DNA of 64,000 bases from a virus. The notes under the pieces were generated by a model. The model was given only the letters and a program-made list of their open reading frames with translations, was not told the origin of the DNA and did not search any database. Location: IMG/VR virus record IMGVR_UViG_3300048014_000057, positions 32,001 through 96,000 of that record; one strand, 5' to 3'. Made by a program: the position numbers and the translations under genes. Shown piece after piece: positions 1-10,701 of the stretch (its first letter is position 1; each line of letters starts with the position of its first letter).

Positions 1-2
1 AA

Positions 3-515
3 GAATGGATTAAAGAAAATCAAGTTGCTATTGAATCTACTTTAAAAACTGAATTAACAGAAGAATTTATTTCTGGTCTTAAGAATTTATTTAATGAACA
101 TTATATTGAAATTCCAGAGGAAAGAGTTGATGTCTATGAAAATCTTGTTTCTAATTTTACAGAAGTAGAAAATAATTTAAATGTATCAGAAAATAAATTA
201 ATTGAATCTAAAAAAGAAATTAATAATTTAAGAAAAGAAATTATTATTTTAGAAAATTCTTCTTCATTAACTCTTCCACAGAAAGAAAAATTTAAAACTT
301 TAATCGAAGGTGTAGATTTTGATAATGAAGAAGAATACAAGAAAAAAATTCTTATAATTAAAGAAGGATTTTTAAATAAGAATAAAGATTCTAATATTAT
401 TTCAGAATCTTTTTCAGAAGAAAGTAATAATTCATTAACTTCTTCTGATCCTGCTATGTCATCCTATGTAAATGCTATCAGAAAAAATAAGAAATTTTCT
501 GATAATCCATTTTAA
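3..515 (+). CDS. gp22: prohead core scaffold protein gp22, C-terminal part (5' truncated by window)
   Basis: Frame from nt 3 reads EWIKENQVAIESTLKTELTEEFISGLKNLFNEHYIEIPEE... to TAA 513-515; lies directly upstream of gp23. Confidence 0.88.
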   Translation, partial: EWIKENQVAIESTLKTELTEEFISGLKNLFNEHYIEIPEERVDVYENLVSNFTEVENNLNVSENKLIESKKEINNLRKEIIILENSSSLTLPQKEKFKTLIEGVDFDNEEEYKKKILIIKEGFLNKNKDSNIISESFSEESNNSLTSSDPAMSSYVNAIRKNKKFSDNPF

Positions 516-534
516 TTCGTAAAAAATTCAAAAT

Positions 535-542
535 AATAAATA
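535..542 (+). promoter_or_regulatory. T4-type late promoter (AATAAATA variant of TATAAATA)
   Basis: Upstream of gp23; xATAAATA recurs before other genes and RNAs (e.g. 43935, 55384, 58453; minus strand 11851-11858, 19793-19800). Confidence 0.6.
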
Positions 543-579
543 AAAATAGAATATAAAAATTAGGGAGAAAAAACAATAT

Positions 580-1971
580 ATGAGTAATTTTAAAAATTCA
601 CCTTCTGAAATGCTTACAGAAAAATGGAAAGAAGTTCTAGAAGTTGATTCTTTACCTTCTATTAAATCTAATTATAGAAAAACTGTTACTGCACGTCTTT
701 TAGAAAATACTCGAAATGCACAGAGGGAAGCTCGTGCAATGGGTATGGGATTTGGTCTCTTAGCCGAAGAATTTCCAACAAACGTAATGGGTACTTCTTC
801 TTCTGTATCAGGAACGGGTAATATTGATACATTTGATCCTATTCTTATTTCCCTAATTAGACGAACAATGCCTAATCTTATTGCATATGATATTTGTGGG
901 GTACAGCCTATGACTGGTCCTACTGGATTAATCTTTGCACTTCGTTCACGTTATGGTTCACAGACTGGTACTGAAAACTTCTATAACGAAGTCAACACAG
1001 GATGGTCTTCATTCCCAGGTGCAAACATTTCTGCCAATGCTGCTGGTTATGCCAATACTACTGTTCCTGGTGGTGCCAATGGTAATCTTTCTGGTCTTCC
1101 TGGTATTTCCAATAACGCTGGTAACTCAACATATAACTACGCTGGTGGTATGTCAACTGCCGTAGCGGAAGGTCTTGGATTTGGTAACTCTGTATTCCCT
1201 GAAATTGCTATCTCCATTGAAAAAACCAATGTTAATGCCAAGGAAAGAGGATTAAAAGCAGAATATTCTATCGAACTTGCACAGGATTTACGTGCTGTTC
1301 ATGGTCTTGATGCTGAATCACTTCTTTCGGATTTCCTTTCTGCTGAATTACTTGCTGAAATTAATCGTGAAGTTGTTCGTACTATTAACGTTACTGCTTC
1401 TGTTGGTGCTCAGTTTGGTACTACTTCTGTTGGTGTATTTGATCTTGATCTTGATTCGGATGGTAGATGGATGATTGAGAAATTTAAAGGTCTCATGTTC
1501 CGTCTTGATCTTGAAGCTAATGCAATTGCCAAGAATACCCGACGTGGTAAAGGTAACTTCTTAATTTGTTCTTCTAACGTTGCTTCTGCACTACAGGCTG
1601 CTGGTGTTCTACAGTTTACTCCTAAGTTAGATGGAAATCAGTTAGAAGTTGATGATACTGGTAATACTTTTGCTGGTGTTCTTAATGGAAGATATAAAGT
1701 ATATATTGATCCATATTCAACTGGTGATTATATGACTATTGGATATAAAGGTCAAAATGCCTTCGATGCTGGTTTATTTTACTGTCCATATGTTCCTCTA
1801 CAATTATTAAAAGCTATTGATCCAAATACACTCCAACCTAAGATCGCCTTTAAGACTCGTTATGGCATGGTTGCTAATCCTTTTGCTCAGGGACTTACTG
1901 TTGGACAAGGTGCTCTTATCCAGGATTCCAATCTATTTTTTAATCGGCTGCAAATTAAAAATTTAATGTAA
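580..1971 (+). CDS. gp23: major capsid protein gp23
   Basis: FDPILISLIRR, CGVQPMTGPTGLIFALR, LKAEYSIELAQDL, DAGLFYCPYVPL, FKTRYG. Confidence 0.98.
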   Translation: MSNFKNSPSEMLTEKWKEVLEVDSLPSIKSNYRKTVTARLLENTRNAQREARAMGMGFGLLAEEFPTNVMGTSSSVSGTGNIDTFDPILISLIRRTMPNLIAYDICGVQPMTGPTGLIFALRSRYGSQTGTENFYNEVNTGWSSFPGANISANAAGYANTTVPGGANGNLSGLPGISNNAGNSTYNYAGGMSTAVAEGLGFGNSVFPEIAISIEKTNVNAKERGLKAEYSIELAQDLRAVHGLDAESLLSDFLSAELLAEINREVVRTINVTASVGAQFGTTSVGVFDLDLDSDGRWMIEKFKGLMFRLDLEANAIAKNTRRGKGNFLICSSNVASALQAAGVLQFTPKLDGNQLEVDDTGNTFAGVLNGRYKVYIDPYSTGDYMTIGYKGQNAFDAGLFYCPYVPLQLLKAIDPNTLQPKIAFKTRYGMVANPFAQGLTVGQGALIQDSNLFFNRLQIKNLM

Positions 1972-2000
1972 ATGCTATTTTCTTATGTAAAATAAGAATA

Positions 2001-2030
2001 AAAAAAAGAGCCTTAATTGGCTCTTTTTTT
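2001..2030. terminator. bidirectional intrinsic terminator
   Basis: AAAAAAAGAGCC-TTAATT-GGCTCTTTTTTT between convergent genes. Confidence 0.9.
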
Positions 2031-3444
2031 ATATCAATACCCATGTTATTTTTCCGGCATCCCATACTCTTTTATATCCTAATAATTTCATTGCTTCACT
2101 TTCTGTCATATTAGTCATATCTAAACCAAATTGTGATTGGATTATATCTTTTCTGAATCCTCTTTTGGACATTCTTTTTAAATTTTTATCTAAATACATA
2201 TAATCAGGTGAAGGTTCTCCAACTGATATAAATCCATGTAAAGAATATACCTTACCAGAAGCATATGATCTATCAGAATAAGATATTATAGAGCCTTTAT
2301 TATTTTTTTTAAAATGTTTAAGAAGTTTAGAAAATCCTCCTAAAACTATAGTATTTAGTTTATTTGCATATCTAATTAATTCCCAATCATAATTTTTATT
2401 AAATCTTGATATTGAAAATGACATACAAGCAACTAATTCGTTTTCAGAATATAATCCATATGAAATAGAAGCATTATCTTCTCCTTGTATATGATTATCT
2501 TCAAAAAATTTTTTTCTTAAATATTTAGGAACTTCTTGTATTATAGTTTTTCTTGCAAATATTTTTCTATCAATGAATCCTAATTTATTTTTTATCATAC
2601 TTTTAATAATTTCTGGTTTTTCTGCCCATATATCACTCCATACATGAAAAAGAAAAATTCCATCATTTTCACAAGCATTAGTTTTATTAAAATGATACCA
2701 TTTATCTTTTCCTTTTGCTTCTTCGTGATGAAAAATAAGACCATTATATTCAATGGCTATTTTTTTATCTGGCATATAAATATCTAGCTCTTTGTTTTTT
2801 TCATTAATTATTGTTGTTCTATCATTAATTTTAATTTCATTATTATAAAATGATTTAATAAAATCATATATTTCTTTTTGGGATTTAGAAACTTTTACAT
2901 GAGGTTTATCATAATCATTAGGATTTTTGGCGATAATATCATATTCTGAAAATAAAGTAGAAATAACACCTAAAGAAACATCAAATTTATCTGCTAATTG
3001 ACGCATAGTTAAACCAGAATTGTAGGCATTTTCTATTACTTCTTTTGTTAGAATTTCTCTAGAATACATACCAACACGAAAATTTTCTATTTGGTGTTTA
3101 ATTAAATATTGTTTTACTAAAACTTCAGAACAACCTAAAATCTCTCCTATATCCCACTGAGATTTTTTTTGATTAACTCTTATATCATATAACCATTCAT
3201 AGTCATTCAATTTTTCATGAGCTTCTAATTTATTATTTCTTTTCTTTCCAATTTGATTTTCTCCGACAATTTTAGATGCTTCCTCATGATCTCTTAGAGG
3301 AATATTAAAATTCCTCATCCACCTAAGAAAGGTAGGTCGAGAAACAGAGAATTGTGTAGAAATCTGAGTAGGCGATTTCTTTTCGACATTATAAAGATTT
3401 TCTAATTCTTCTTTAGTAATTGGACATTCGATTTTTCTAGACAT
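2029..3444 (-). CDS. Hef-like endonuclease: HTH repeats, PD-(D/E)xK domain, C-terminal GNAT-like domain
   Basis: ELDIYMPDKKIAIEYNG..H motif; start moved to ATG 3444 behind a GGAG SD. Confidence 0.75.
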   Translation of the reverse strand: MSRKIECPITKEELENLYNVEKKSPTQISTQFSVSRPTFLRWMRNFNIPLRDHEEASKIVGENQIGKKRNNKLEAHEKLNDYEWLYDIRVNQKKSQWDIGEILGCSEVLVKQYLIKHQIENFRVGMYSREILTKEVIENAYNSGLTMRQLADKFDVSLGVISTLFSEYDIIAKNPNDYDKPHVKVSKSQKEIYDFIKSFYNNEIKINDRTTIINEKNKELDIYMPDKKIAIEYNGLIFHHEEAKGKDKWYHFNKTNACENDGIFLFHVWSDIWAEKPEIIKSMIKNKLGFIDRKIFARKTIIQEVPKYLRKKFFEDNHIQGEDNASISYGLYSENELVACMSFSISRFNKNYDWELIRYANKLNTIVLGGFSKLLKHFKKNNKGSIISYSDRSYASGKVYSLHGFISVGEPSPDYMYLDKNLKRMSKRGFRKDIIQSQFGLDMTNMTESEAMKLLGYKRVWDAGKITWVLI

Positions 3445-4876
3445 TTTCATAACTCCATATGTTATTTCCACAGTCAAAAAATAACCTATAACCATTATTC
3501 AACATATTTTCTCTTTCAGATAGGGTTTCATCATATAATTTTAGATTTTGTAATTTATGTTTCTGAAATTCCATTCTATTGTAGGAAATATTACCATCTG
3601 TATATCTATAACCTATTTTTGTAGAACCCTTAAATTTTAACCCCATCCTTTCAAAAACCTCACCTTCTCCGTATTGTCTGTCGGAATAACATATCACTTT
3701 TTCTTCTATTTTTAAAGTCTTTTTAAATTGAGAAAATAATTTGGAAGCACCACCAACAATATTTTTAAATTTTAAAGTACATAATCTTACCAATTCCCAA
3801 TCATAATTCTTATTAAATCTTGGACGAGAAAATGACATTACTTGTACTAAAATATCTTCATAGAATAATCCATATCTGACAGAAGAAGATGCTGTTCCGT
3901 TAATATGATTTTCCTGACAAAATTCATCATGATCTTTCTTGGATATTTCTCTTACTTCACATTTTCTTCCCATTATCTTTTCTGATTTTCCAAGCGAATT
4001 TGATATAATGGATTCAACAATTTCCTTTTTATCTCTCCATTTTTCATCAGATATATGGAGAATCTTTATATTTTTATTCAAACATGCAAGAGTTTTATTA
4101 AACAATTTTTCCTGATTTTCTTTTTTAAAATCTACATAAGAATGCCAATAGAGCCCATTTATTTCTATGGCTAAGTTATGGGAAGGAATGTAAATATCCA
4201 ATTCCTTACCATCTAAAATTGATCTATTGGTGATTTCAGGAATAATACCCAAAGATTTTATATATTCTCCAATTTCTCTTTCATCCTTTGATTGATTACA
4301 ATAATATTTTATTTCTATATTATATTTCCTAAGATAATCAAGAACAGTTCCATAATAAACTCCTAGAAATTCTGCTATTTCTTCCGAGGTTTTTTCTTGA
4401 TATTCATTTTCTAACCATTCTTTATTTTGTAAATATTCTAAGGCTTGAGGATTATTTTTTTCTAGTTTACTCCTTCTCAAGATTTTTTTTATATCTTCTC
4501 TCTGGGAGTTATATTCAACACCATATTTTTTCAATAAAGTGTTACGTGCTTTTTCTTTTTTAACTTCTTGATCTATTCCCGACACTCTTTTTTTCATTAC
4601 CTCTTTATCTAAAAAATAACATTTTTTGGAACAATATAAAGAAATTTCTTTTTTATCTGTAAAGTGTTGATGTTCTTTATTACAAATTTTACATCTAGGT
4701 AATTCTGTAAATTCTAATTCTAAAAATTTAAGCCTTTCTGAGAGATTTGTATTTTCTCTCAGAAAGGCTGTATTTTCTATAACTTGATTATACAAATTTA
4801 TATTTTTATTTTTTAAAATTATTAACTTTCTTTGTTTTTCGGGAAGTAGATTTTTTATTTCTTCTAAAAGAGTCAT
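3437..4876 (-). CDS. Hef-like endonuclease, paralog of the adjacent gene
   Basis: ELDIYIPSHNLAIEINGLYWH; KYGVEYNSQ motif; CxxC/CSxxC zinc motifs. Confidence 0.75.
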   Translation of the reverse strand: MTLLEEIKNLLPEKQRKLIILKNKNINLYNQVIENTAFLRENTNLSERLKFLELEFTELPRCKICNKEHQHFTDKKEISLYCSKKCYFLDKEVMKKRVSGIDQEVKKEKARNTLLKKYGVEYNSQREDIKKILRRSKLEKNNPQALEYLQNKEWLENEYQEKTSEEIAEFLGVYYGTVLDYLRKYNIEIKYYCNQSKDEREIGEYIKSLGIIPEITNRSILDGKELDIYIPSHNLAIEINGLYWHSYVDFKKENQEKLFNKTLACLNKNIKILHISDEKWRDKKEIVESIISNSLGKSEKIMGRKCEVREISKKDHDEFCQENHINGTASSSVRYGLFYEDILVQVMSFSRPRFNKNYDWELVRLCTLKFKNIVGGASKLFSQFKKTLKIEEKVICYSDRQYGEGEVFERMGLKFKGSTKIGYRYTDGNISYNRMEFQKHKLQNLKLYDETLSERENMLNNGYRLFFDCGNNIWSYENV

Positions 4877-4882
4877 AATTTT

Positions 4883-6263
4883 TTATCTTTTAGGTTTAGA
4901 ACACCACAATTCAAAATATTCTTCGGGAGTTCTTGTCTTACCATTATCTGCTTCATTAAACCAATCACATTCTTGTTGTGCAAGTTCTTCATTAGGACAT
5001 TCAATTACAACATCACCATAATCATTAATAACAGCCCAATATTCTTTATCATCTTTACATTGTTCTATATGATATGTTCTCATTTAAAATTTTCCTATAA
5101 AAAATTAATATATTCTATTTCATCTGTCATATTATGATGATTATTTTCTAATAATCCTATTAGGTAGGAAATAATATCTTTTTTTATTTCTTTATTTGTT
5201 TCATAAATTTCCACTATCTCTACAGCTTCTCTTATAATTTGATAATGTGATAATTCTTTTTTTCTATATTTCCAAGGTATTTTATCATTATCCCAAGGAA
5301 ATGTAAACCTAAAAGCAATATCATTTTTATCGGCTAATTCTTGTGCTTCCAGTAAAATTTCATGAGCTTTATGGGAAAGTTCATTTAGTTTTTCTTTATC
5401 ATTCATTTTTATTCTCCTAAGATTTTCATAATATCTTCTTTATTATTTACTATAAAATCGGATATTTTTTTACGCCAATCACTACTAACGCTATTGATAT
5501 TATATTTTTGTATAAATAAATGTTCTATTTCATTTTTCTTAATTAAATTTTGTTCATATTCATTTGCATCTATTTTTTTTTCAAAAAAATTTCTATCTGA
5601 TGTTTTAAATCCTGCAACAATACCCATTTAATATTCTTTATTAATCTAACACCATCACATTTTTCGTCAACAACTTTCATATAACCATTAATATCATACT
5701 GACTTCCATATAATTTAATAAATGTACGTAATTTTTGATTAAATTGTCTAAGACATTTTTCTAAATCATCCAAATCTTTTTTCATATATTCATTTATATC
5801 ATTCATTCCCATACTTCCTCTAATGCAAAAACTTCATTTGTATCTATATAATAAGGACATTCTGAATATATTAATTCAGGTTTTTTTACTAAATCTTTTT
5901 CTGTTGATCCGAAATAATACTCTTTTTTTGTTTTAAAATTCCATTGATCTTTAATTATTATTTTATATTCCCATATTAAATTTCCATTAAAACATCTATA
6001 TTTTGATCTTTTTTTATTCATGGATCAAATCCCATATCAAAAATATCAAATGCAGTCATTTTTTTAATTTTATCTTCTGGAATTGATACAATTATTTTTG
6101 CATTCTTCCAATGATTCCCCCATGTAATAGGAACATCTAACTGAAGATAACAATATACCCACCAATGAGGATAATTATCTCTATAATAATTATCTAAATC
6201 ATCAGGAATTTTCATATCAGCTTCGATTGCTGCTTGTTTTAACATAGAAGAAATATACATCAT
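4883..6263 (-). other. run of six small hypothetical CDS (4883-5083, 5095-5406, 5409-5627, 5570-5812, 5803-6021, 6018-6263)
   Basis: Tightly packed co-directional ORFs; no family recognised. Confidence 0.6.
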
Positions 6264-6292
6264 TTAATAATATCCTTTTTTAATTATTTTAA

Positions 6293-7099
6293 TTAAAATT
6301 TATCTGCTTCATCTCTTGTCAAGAAAAAATGTATCCCCGAAGAACATTCGTCAAACCTATCTTCACAGAATGGCTTGGTAGGTCTAACGGTTTTTCCAAC
6401 TTCATATTTAAAATTAGGATCATGTCGAGAAAACCCTTCACCTTCTATAACAATGACATATTCGGCCCGGCATTTCCTAGTTGTGGCGTTACTTCTTTTA
6501 GAATCGGCCGGAATTTTAAGTGTACAAATTACACCACCTTTAAGTTGTTTATAACCGATAATTTCTCCTTCCGGACAAATATTGGTCATTTCTACTACAT
6601 GATCCGGTATATTCTTGGCTTTACCAAGATCAGCATCATAAAGATTGGTTTCACGAAGATTGGCCCCCCGAAGATCGGCTCCTGAAAAATTAGCAAAATA
6701 AAGATTGGCCCCTTGAAGATTGGCCCCTTGAAGATCAGCCCACCGAAGATTGACATCTTGAAGATCGGCCCCTTGAAGATTGGCCCCTTGAAGATCAGCC
6801 CATTGAAGATCAGCCCATTGAAGATCGACCCTCAGAAGATCAGCACCATAAAGATTGGCCCCCCGAAGATTGGCTCCTGAAAAATTAGCAAAATAAAGAT
6901 TGGCCCCTTGAAGATTGGCCCCCCGAAGATCGGTCCACCGAAGATTGGCTTCCCGAAGATCGGCTCCTTGAAGATTAGCCCCTTGAAGATTGGCTTCCCG
7001 AAGATCGGCTCCTTGAAGATCGGCTCCTTGAAGATTGGCTCCTTGAAGATCGGCCTTTGGTGCGATGTTATATTCTTTATCATTGATCAACATTTTCAT
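6293..7099 (-). CDS. pentapeptide-repeat protein with C-terminal DUF5758-like domain
   Basis: A(D/N)LxG repeats; C-terminal RKCRAE...CSSGIHFF. Confidence 0.9.
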   Translation of the reverse strand: MKMLINDKEYNIAPKADLQGANLQGADLQGADLREANLQGANLQGADLREANLRWTDLRGANLQGANLYFANFSGANLRGANLYGADLLRVDLQWADLQWADLQGANLQGADLQDVNLRWADLQGANLQGANLYFANFSGADLRGANLRETNLYDADLGKAKNIPDHVVEMTNICPEGEIIGYKQLKGGVICTLKIPADSKRSNATTRKCRAEYVIVIEGEGFSRHDPNFKYEVGKTVRPTKPFCEDRFDECSSGIHFFLTRDEADKF

Positions 7100-7106
7100 T
7101 TCTCCT

Positions 7107-8144
7107 TTATTTTACAGTTTTTAATATTAAAGTTACTTCATTACACATTACAATTGGACGATATTCTGTTTTATTTTTTATTTTTTCTCTAATAATTTCT
7201 GGATCAATTTCATCACATATCATTTTATATATTTCGTCAAAGTCTTTTTTTACAATTCTAGCCCAAGAAATTGATAAATCTTCTCCTTCTATACGAGAAC
7301 GAATTATTGAAAGATTATTTCCACGAATACAATGAAGATAATTATATTTTGTATTAAATGTCCATACAATTTTACTACCCATAATTTTTTGGGGTAGTTC
7401 TGAACTAATAGAATTCCATGATTTTAGAAATTTAAAATCATTAAAATTTGGAATTATTGTTTTTTCTTCTGTACGAGGTTTATTTTGTAAACTTAAAAAA
7501 TTTCTATATGTTTCTACATCTTTTAGAAACTTAGTATAAAAATTAATTCTATCCTGAATATCTTCTCTTGATAAATAAGAATATGCTTTGGCAGCAGCTT
7601 CATCTTCTTTAATACAAATTAATTCTTCTAAAAGACAAGAAAAATAATCCCAAATATACTTAGAAATAATATCGGAAATACTTTTCTCATATAAGAAATT
7701 ATAAATATTTATATCAATAAATTTATTATTTTCAATAATTTTTTCAATAATATCGATAGTTCCAAAAGCCTTTTCTTTGGCCTGTAAAGTTTTATTTTTT
7801 ATCATATTGTAATTCATTTTTACTTTCTTTTCATTATTATAACGATCTACTATTTCTTTAATTTTATTTTGTAAAAATTTATGGGAACTTTCAGGTAAAA
7901 TAATCCCACGAGAAAGCATACGTGCAATCCAACATGCAGTCAATGACAAAAATATATGATTTGATTTTTTAATAATTTCTGCAATATTTTCTTGATTTGT
8001 TTCTTTTAAATATTGCAACATAAATTTAAGACCATCTTTATCTGTAAAGTCATAATGATAGTCGTTAAATGCCTGTGTTATTTCGGAATCTGTAGGAGGA
8101 TGATCAAAAGTAGGTTCTTTAACCCTTAAATTTTGAGATTTCAT
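7107..8144 (-). CDS. conserved hypothetical protein of T4-like phages
   Basis: 345 aa ORF with SD and upstream TTGACA promoter; KIMGSKIVWTFNTKY segment. Confidence 0.65.
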   Translation of the reverse strand: MKSQNLRVKEPTFDHPPTDSEITQAFNDYHYDFTDKDGLKFMLQYLKETNQENIAEIIKKSNHIFLSLTACWIARMLSRGIILPESSHKFLQNKIKEIVDRYNNEKKVKMNYNMIKNKTLQAKEKAFGTIDIIEKIIENNKFIDINIYNFLYEKSISDIISKYIWDYFSCLLEELICIKEDEAAAKAYSYLSREDIQDRINFYTKFLKDVETYRNFLSLQNKPRTEEKTIIPNFNDFKFLKSWNSISSELPQKIMGSKIVWTFNTKYNYLHCIRGNNLSIIRSRIEGEDLSISWARIVKKDFDEIYKMICDEIDPEIIREKIKNKTEYRPIVMCNEVTLILKTVK

Positions 8145-8414
8145 AATATATATTCCTTGGAGATTAGAAGATTTCTATCTCTATCCTACATTTTATAGGA
8201 TGTCAATATCGTTTAGGACTTAAGTCCTAAAACATAATCTTCCGCAATATCCGATAATTCATTAATCGATAAATTATTAAAATAAGAACTTTTTATCCAT
8301 TTATTATTATAATAATAATCTATCCAATAAAGATTAATTTTATGCATTACATTAACAATCGCTTTTAAATTAAAATCATCTGAAAAATATTCTTTATACA
8401 TATTATCTCCTATT

Positions 8415-10433
8415 TTATAATACACCATAACGTCTTGCTGATACATAATTAACTTTTAATGTTACACCGGCTGAATTTGCGACTCCATTAGCATTAAATC
8501 CCATAACTAACGTAGTCTGAAAATCAACAATATTGGGAGGTAAAGTAACAGGACCGACTCTTAGATAAATTTTACCATTATTAGGCCAAGTTAAAGGATC
8601 ACCCGAAGTAGGAACAAGTTCTTCTCCTGCCCCACCAAGCGTTGAACCACAAACACAAGATATATTATTATCACCACCAGCACCCGAAAGATAAAGTTGA
8701 GTCATATTTACCATATTTGATACTTCTAATTCAGATTCAAACTCAAATTGAACATTATTCAATTCAGAAGATTGAATATTCATGGAAGTAACAGTATCAG
8801 AAAATGAAGTATATAATGCCCATTGTTCTGTAGTTGTTCCTCCACCTAATGAAAATACTAAATTTTGTCTTTGTCCTTTTTGTCCATTACTCCAAGGATT
8901 TTCTATAGAACAAACTATACTTCCATTGGAAGTTCCTCCATATCTAGTTAATGCCCATCCTGTCGCTATATTTCCGGATATAGCAACATTTCCCACATTA
9001 GAAGATAATGTAGAATTTGCAGAACCAAAAACTGATAATTTAGCAGTTTTCATATAGGACCAAGTTACAGTATTATCTGTTATACTTGCATTACTTCCCA
9101 AAGGACCACCAGAAGTATTAGATGTTCCATTTGCTGTACATCTATAAATAGAAGTACCATTAAAACATTGTTGACCAATAACATAAGGTGTTGCTGATTT
9201 CCAGGCAACTCCTTCAAAAATATTACCCGATGGATTTAAAGAAGAATCAAATCCATCGTCGGCAGAATAAGGTCTTGAAGAATATGGTATTAGAGAAGGA
9301 AAAAATTTTTGTAGTGCTAAAACAATAGAATAACCCCAATACATTGCGCCTCTATGAGATGGATGAAGCCCATCCTGAGTAACTGCATTGGCAACTCCAC
9401 CTGTTCCGCCAATAGGCCAATAAGTTCCGTTAGTTCCATCTGTCATATATCCTGATGGATCAGCAATCATTATTTGATTAAATCCTTTAGGATTAGCCCA
9501 AGTTTCTCCCCGACAATAAGCACGAATCCATCTATTTACTCTATGAATATAAGCTGATACTGTTCCTGTTAACAATGTAGCTCTTGGAGTAATAGGAGAA
9601 GCTATTACTCTTTTTCCTGCTAACATTAAAGTTTCATAACAAGTTTGAAGATTTGCTATTGTCGTGGCAACCGTAACAGAACCATTAGTTGCATCATTAG
9701 TTCCGCCATTAATTAAAAATATATCAATAGAAGATGCAAGACAATCTGGTAATCTGGCAACCATATCAGAAGTAAGACAACCCGGAACTCCAAATGTTCC
9801 TGTTCCACCATTTACAAGAGATAAAACTGCACCAGAACCACCAGAAGTATTAATTGTATAAGTAAAAGTATTTGTAGAAGAATATCCTATATTTGTAATA
9901 TTTACACCAGTTATTACACCCGAAGAAACAACTAATGTTCCTGTTGCACCATTACTTAGTGTAATTGTATCAGAATTAGAATAACCTGTTCCACCAGAAA
10001 TTACAATAATTTTTAATAAAGAAAGTCCATAACCACCGTACCCCTGTGACATATCCCAATTTAAGGAACCTAATGAAAAAATTTCAGCCCAAGTTAACAT
10101 GGAAGTTCCCTGTTTTATAACTTTAAGGGAAGGCTGATAGGCCCATGTAACGGTATTATCTGTTATACTACTTGTTACTCCCGAAGGACCACCAGAAGAA
10201 GCAGAAGTGCCGCCTGTAACGCATCTATAGGCATATCCACCATTTTTAACTACGGTATTTTGGGTATATGCCGTAGATGCAATCCATGCAGGAATATTAT
10301 TTGATAATTGTGATTGAGTTGCCGTGGCATTATAAATGGTATAAAGTGATTGTCCACCTATAATAGAATCTCCTAGGCCATTAATTTTTAAGACTGACCT
10401 ATTAAAATCTGAAAATGGCGGACTATTACTCAT
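8415..10433 (-). CDS. SGNH/GDSL hydrolase with two carbohydrate-binding-like repeats, probably virion-associated
   Basis: GLGDSI, GVPG, NGGTND, DGLHP blocks; repeated W...Y...YRC...GGP..SITDNTVTW module; late promoter upstream. Confidence 0.8.
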   Translation of the reverse strand: MSNSPPFSDFNRSVLKINGLGDSIIGGQSLYTIYNATATQSQLSNNIPAWIASTAYTQNTVVKNGGYAYRCVTGGTSASSGGPSGVTSSITDNTVTWAYQPSLKVIKQGTSMLTWAEIFSLGSLNWDMSQGYGGYGLSLLKIIVISGGTGYSNSDTITLSNGATGTLVVSSGVITGVNITNIGYSSTNTFTYTINTSGGSGAVLSLVNGGTGTFGVPGCLTSDMVARLPDCLASSIDIFLINGGTNDATNGSVTVATTIANLQTCYETLMLAGKRVIASPITPRATLLTGTVSAYIHRVNRWIRAYCRGETWANPKGFNQIMIADPSGYMTDGTNGTYWPIGGTGGVANAVTQDGLHPSHRGAMYWGYSIVLALQKFFPSLIPYSSRPYSADDGFDSSLNPSGNIFEGVAWKSATPYVIGQQCFNGTSIYRCTANGTSNTSGGPLGSNASITDNTVTWSYMKTAKLSVFGSANSTLSSNVGNVAISGNIATGWALTRYGGTSNGSIVCSIENPWSNGQKGQRQNLVFSLGGGTTTEQWALYTSFSDTVTSMNIQSSELNNVQFEFESELEVSNMVNMTQLYLSGAGGDNNISCVCGSTLGGAGEELVPTSGDPLTWPNNGKIYLRVGPVTLPPNIVDFQTTLVMGFNANGVANSAGVTLKVNYVSARRYGVL

Positions 10434-10467
10434 ATATAATTCCTTTTAAATAGTATTTTTTTACTAT

Positions 10468-10697
10468 TTATTCAGAATAAATTTTCCAATCTTCCGCCAA
10501 GATATCTTTATTAGTAAGTTCTGCGGAAGCCTCTATATTACCATAAAAAATAGATTTTATTTCATTTTCTTCTTGGGAATAAAATATATATACATTATAA
10601 TATACACAAGATTCTGTATCTCTTGTAATTTTTTTACCTTGTTTTAATAACATTAAAGCATCGGTTTTAATAACATTAAAGCATCGGAAAAATTCAT
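10468..10697 (-). pseudogene. DUF2829/Tad2-like protein frameshifted by a 23-bp tandem duplication
   Basis: Removing one copy gives MNFSDALMLLKQGKKITR...DILAEDW, the DUF2829 N- and C-terminal signatures. Confidence 0.7.
10641..10686. repeat. perfect 23-bp tandem duplication
   Basis: gttttaataacattaaagcatcg x2. Confidence 0.95.
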
Positions 10698-10701
10698 TTC
10701 A

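Noticed and set aside
134-1474. Short ORFs 134-340, 935-1165, 1277-1474 and similar antisense ORFs elsewhere (e.g. 8782, 24417, 47014, 56297, 62991)
   Set aside because: They overlap well-supported genes in other frames and have no recognisable motifs
6630-7192. 15-bp periodic repeats and ORFs 6832-7083(-) and 6908-7192(+) as a CRISPR array or separate genes
   Set aside because: The periodicity is the pentapeptide coding repeat; there are no unique spacers, and the alternate-frame ORFs are shadows
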